Assembly (NCBI RefSeq): GCF_009914755.1
Contig: NC_060940.1
Direction: 5' to 3' (one strand)
Length of the DNA: 64,000 bases
Source: the human T2T-CHM13v2.0 reference genome, Homo sapiens
Positions within the stretch are counted from its first letter, which is position 1; each line of letters opens with the position of its first letter. This document shows, one piece after another, positions 60,841-64,000 of this stretch. The position numbers and the translations under genes were made by a program. The notes beneath the pieces are model-generated. The model saw nothing but the letters and a program-made list of their open reading frames with translations, ran no database searches and was not told the origin of the DNA.

Positions 60841-63219
60841 GTGAGTGGGTTGGAGCCCAGCCCCTCTGGCGGCCCAAGGGAAGCCAGGCCCAGCCTTGGA
60901 GGGCTCCCTGCTGGGTAGCTAGGGCCAGCACGGTTGGGGTCCAGATGAGAGAGACAGGGTCCTGTGGCAGGGGGCCAGGAGCCTTCAGGACCTCAAGGAA
61001 GTGGGAGAGGCAGGGACCCAAATGGTCCGGGAGACAGAGGCTCTCCACAGACTACTTTCCTCTCCCTCGAGGAGGGATCCTCGGGCACTTGATGAGTGTC
61101 CCCACTTACGTGCACGGTTCCAGAAGTGCAGTGATGAGTGGCCTGGGTGCTCCCTTCTGTGTGGGACATGGAAGAAGACGGCCAACAGGCAGGCAGTACC
61201 TTGTGAGCCGCCTCGTGTTCCTGGGAGTCTGCCAAGCCCAATCATGCAGCTGAAGGGACAGTGTGCACAGGACCCAGGGTGACAGAGTGAGGCCTGGAGC
61301 CGAGCTAGCCTTCTGGCTTATCTAATCACTGTTAACAGGTTTCCACAGAGGGAACGATGGGTGTAGTTCTTGCTCTGGAAAGACCATCCCAGCTGCTGTG
61401 CAGATGTGGCAAAGTCAGAGGCTGTCACAGAAGAGCAGGGATGCGGTGCCGCAGCAGAATAGTGGAGCTGGGGACCAGACAGGACGGTCCCTGCAGGGTG
61501 TGGGTGGACCCTGAGCCTAGGGAAGGGTCCCTTACCACAGGGAGGCCAGTTGGTGGAGCCGACAGATGGGGTGCAGAAGGCACTGCTGCCAGGAGTAATC
61601 CTACCCCACAGCCCCAAGTCCGATAGGATCTCTGGGTGCAAGAGAGCAAGGTCCCACGGCAGGTCCATCCTGAAATGGCACGTTTAGGGGCTGGCGAGCT
61701 GCTGGACATGGGCGAGGGGCTCAAAGGATGGACTGGGCAGGAGCTGCAGGTCACTGTGGACCCCTTAGCGCTGTTTCATGGTCAGAATGTGTGTGAGGCT
61801 CACATGTCCCTGTGCTGGGGGGACTCGGGACTCGGGCGCTCACGAGCCCCCACACACCCACTGCTCCACACAGGCCGTCTTACAGCTTCTGAGTGATGCT
61901 CACTTCTGCCTGCATTCCCCACGCCTCCCGCTTTTTTTCCGCTCCCACCCCCAGCCGGTGCAGGGCTTGCCCCGGAGAGTTGGTCCATCAGCAGGTGGCA
62001 GGAATGTGCAGATTTGCCTGGGGAGCATCAAGGGGGCTGGAGGAAAGAAAGTTCTTCCAGGGGTGGTGGAGACTGAGCCCAACCCTCAGGCACCTCTGAG
62101 GCCAAGCCTGAGGGTGAAAGTGGCTCGGGGGTCGCATAGCAGGGACACCAGGGTGAGTAAGCGGGGACCAGAAAGACAGTGTCTTTAGAAGGCTTTTCAG
62201 GTTTGGCTTTTGGTGGGCTCATGGGAGGGGCTGAGGAGAGACATGGCGCCTGTGTTTGGGTGCCCCAGGGAAGGGGCCAGGGTGGGCTCCTGAGAGGGCA
62301 GGCAGCAGTTCTGGGACACAGAGCAGGTAGGAATCCCACATGGAAAGGCATCCCCATCCCCTGGGAGCTAGTTAGGGAGGCTGACTTGGGGTGGGCCTGG
62401 CAGACTGGACAGACAGACAGACAGGTGCCTGATGCAGCTCAGGTGTGGGGCCAGGTGGCCCTGTGCTGTCTCTTGCCTGGTGGAGCTGTGACAAGCACCC
62501 CAAAAGGCCCGAGCCCCAGAGATCAGGAGATGCCGGAGGCTGCTGAGCCGCTGTCGCAGGTGGAATGAGTAGCATAGGAAGGGTCATGAGGTGGGAGGGG
62601 TCCTGGGGAAAGCCTGTAGTATGGGGCTAGGGCCTGAAGGCTCTGAGTGAGCAGACGGGCAGGGCTGTGCTGAGAGCACGGGGTGGAGGGCTTCTTAGTC
62701 CATAGGGAGGTTGCCCCGGGTGGGATGTGTGGGGTGTTCAGGAGAGTGAGGAGAAGGAAGAGAGCCGAGAGGCTGGGGTGCTGGCCGAGTCTTCCCAGCG
62801 GTGGTGGCGTTTCTGTGGTGAGCCAGACAGGGACCCCAGGACTCGGCAGCAGGCTCTGCAGGCTGTGGCGTGGGCCTGCACATCCCCTGGGGTTGGGCTC
62901 TGTGGGCCTGCACAACCCCCAAAGTTGGGCTTCATCCCTGCAGAGTGCTCTTCAGCTGTGCTTGTGTCTGATTCTAGAAAGTCAGCCTATATTTCCTTCC
63001 TCTGACTCACAAGCAGAGAGGCTGCTGCAGTCTCATGTTGACTTTTTAATATAGCTTTGAGCTCTTGACACTTGTCACTTGCCATCCGGCACCTCTTCCT
63101 GCAGCCTGTGCTGGCACTTCGGGCTGGTTCCCTCCCTCCCACCTCTGCCCGTAGCACGTGGAAAGGTACTTGTGAGGAAGGGAGTGGTTTTCATTACTTA
63201 CCTGACCAGTGACTTTTAT

Positions 63220-63535
<316 letters not shown>

Positions 63536-63733
63536 ACCAGTAACTTTTAAAACTGGCAAGCTGCCAAGCGACTCTGGGGACACTGAGGTTGGGCGTCTCT
63601 GGCCCTGGCCTTTGCCGTCATGACACTGTGCTTTCTGAGCTCGATGATTTTCTTGTGCCTCCTACTCCAGGGCACGCAAGAGCCATTTCTCATGTGCTGA
63701 GTTTGGACATTGTTTGGCCCATTTCTGTCCTAG

Positions 63734-63911
63734 GCTCTGGAAGCAAACACCATCTCTACAGCCTCAGTAAGGCCCGCCCAGGAGGAGCAGTCGATGACGC
63801 CCCCAGGGAAGGTGGTGACCGTCAGCTCTCGCAGCCCCCGCTGCCCTCGGAACCAGGCCTCCCTCCGCAGCAGCAAGACCTTCCCGCCCAGCTCTGCACC
63901 CTGCTCCTCAG
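63734..63911 (+). CDS. CRAMP1: CRAMP1 exon 11 (178 nt; ALEANTISTASVRP...SAPCSS); gene continues beyond the window
   Basis: Acceptor TTTCTGTCCTAG|GCT, donor CAG|GTGAGG; in frame with exon 10. Confidence 0.9.
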
Positions 63912-64000
63912 GTGAGGCTGTGGCAGCCACACTCCTTGTGCCTGGGCTGCCCTGATGGCACCTCAGGCTTCAGGGGCCGTGCCGAAGCTGAGAGCACAGG

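Overview
Human genomic DNA, recognisable as the head-to-head IFT140 / CRAMP1 (CRAMP1L) locus (16p13.3 from prior knowledge). The minus strand carries the 5' end of the ciliary IFT-A gene IFT140: non-coding exons near 15.9 kb and at 14511-14700, and coding exons at 10967-11113 and 6213-6434. The plus strand carries CRAMP1, a SANT-domain 'cramped' homolog: a non-coding first exon near 16.2-16.5 kb and ten coding exons from 18487 to 63911, which splice in frame for 2413 nt; the gene continues past the window. The two genes share a CCAAT-rich CpG-island bidirectional promoter. Introns are dense in Alus and also contain a human-specific SVA_F1 (MAST2-fused) insertion, LTR, L1, L2 and MER fragments, and tandem repeats. 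Most notable: (1) a ~1.1 kb, ~32-bp-period intronic minisatellite made of AGGTCA direct repeats (14 perfect DR5, 7 DR3, 1 DR1 by hand count), a candidate nuclear-receptor response array; (2) CRAMP1 exons 3+4 total 348 nt, are phase 1-1, encode the SANT region and are flanked by inverted Alus, so a back-spliced circle would be a stop-free endless ORF; (3) a U12-type intron; (4) a mutually in-frame set of alternative exons that would give a SANT-less isoform. Nearly all ORFs in the supplied track are spurious (Alu, VNTR or GC-rich). Repeat boundaries and subfamily calls are by eye and approximate.
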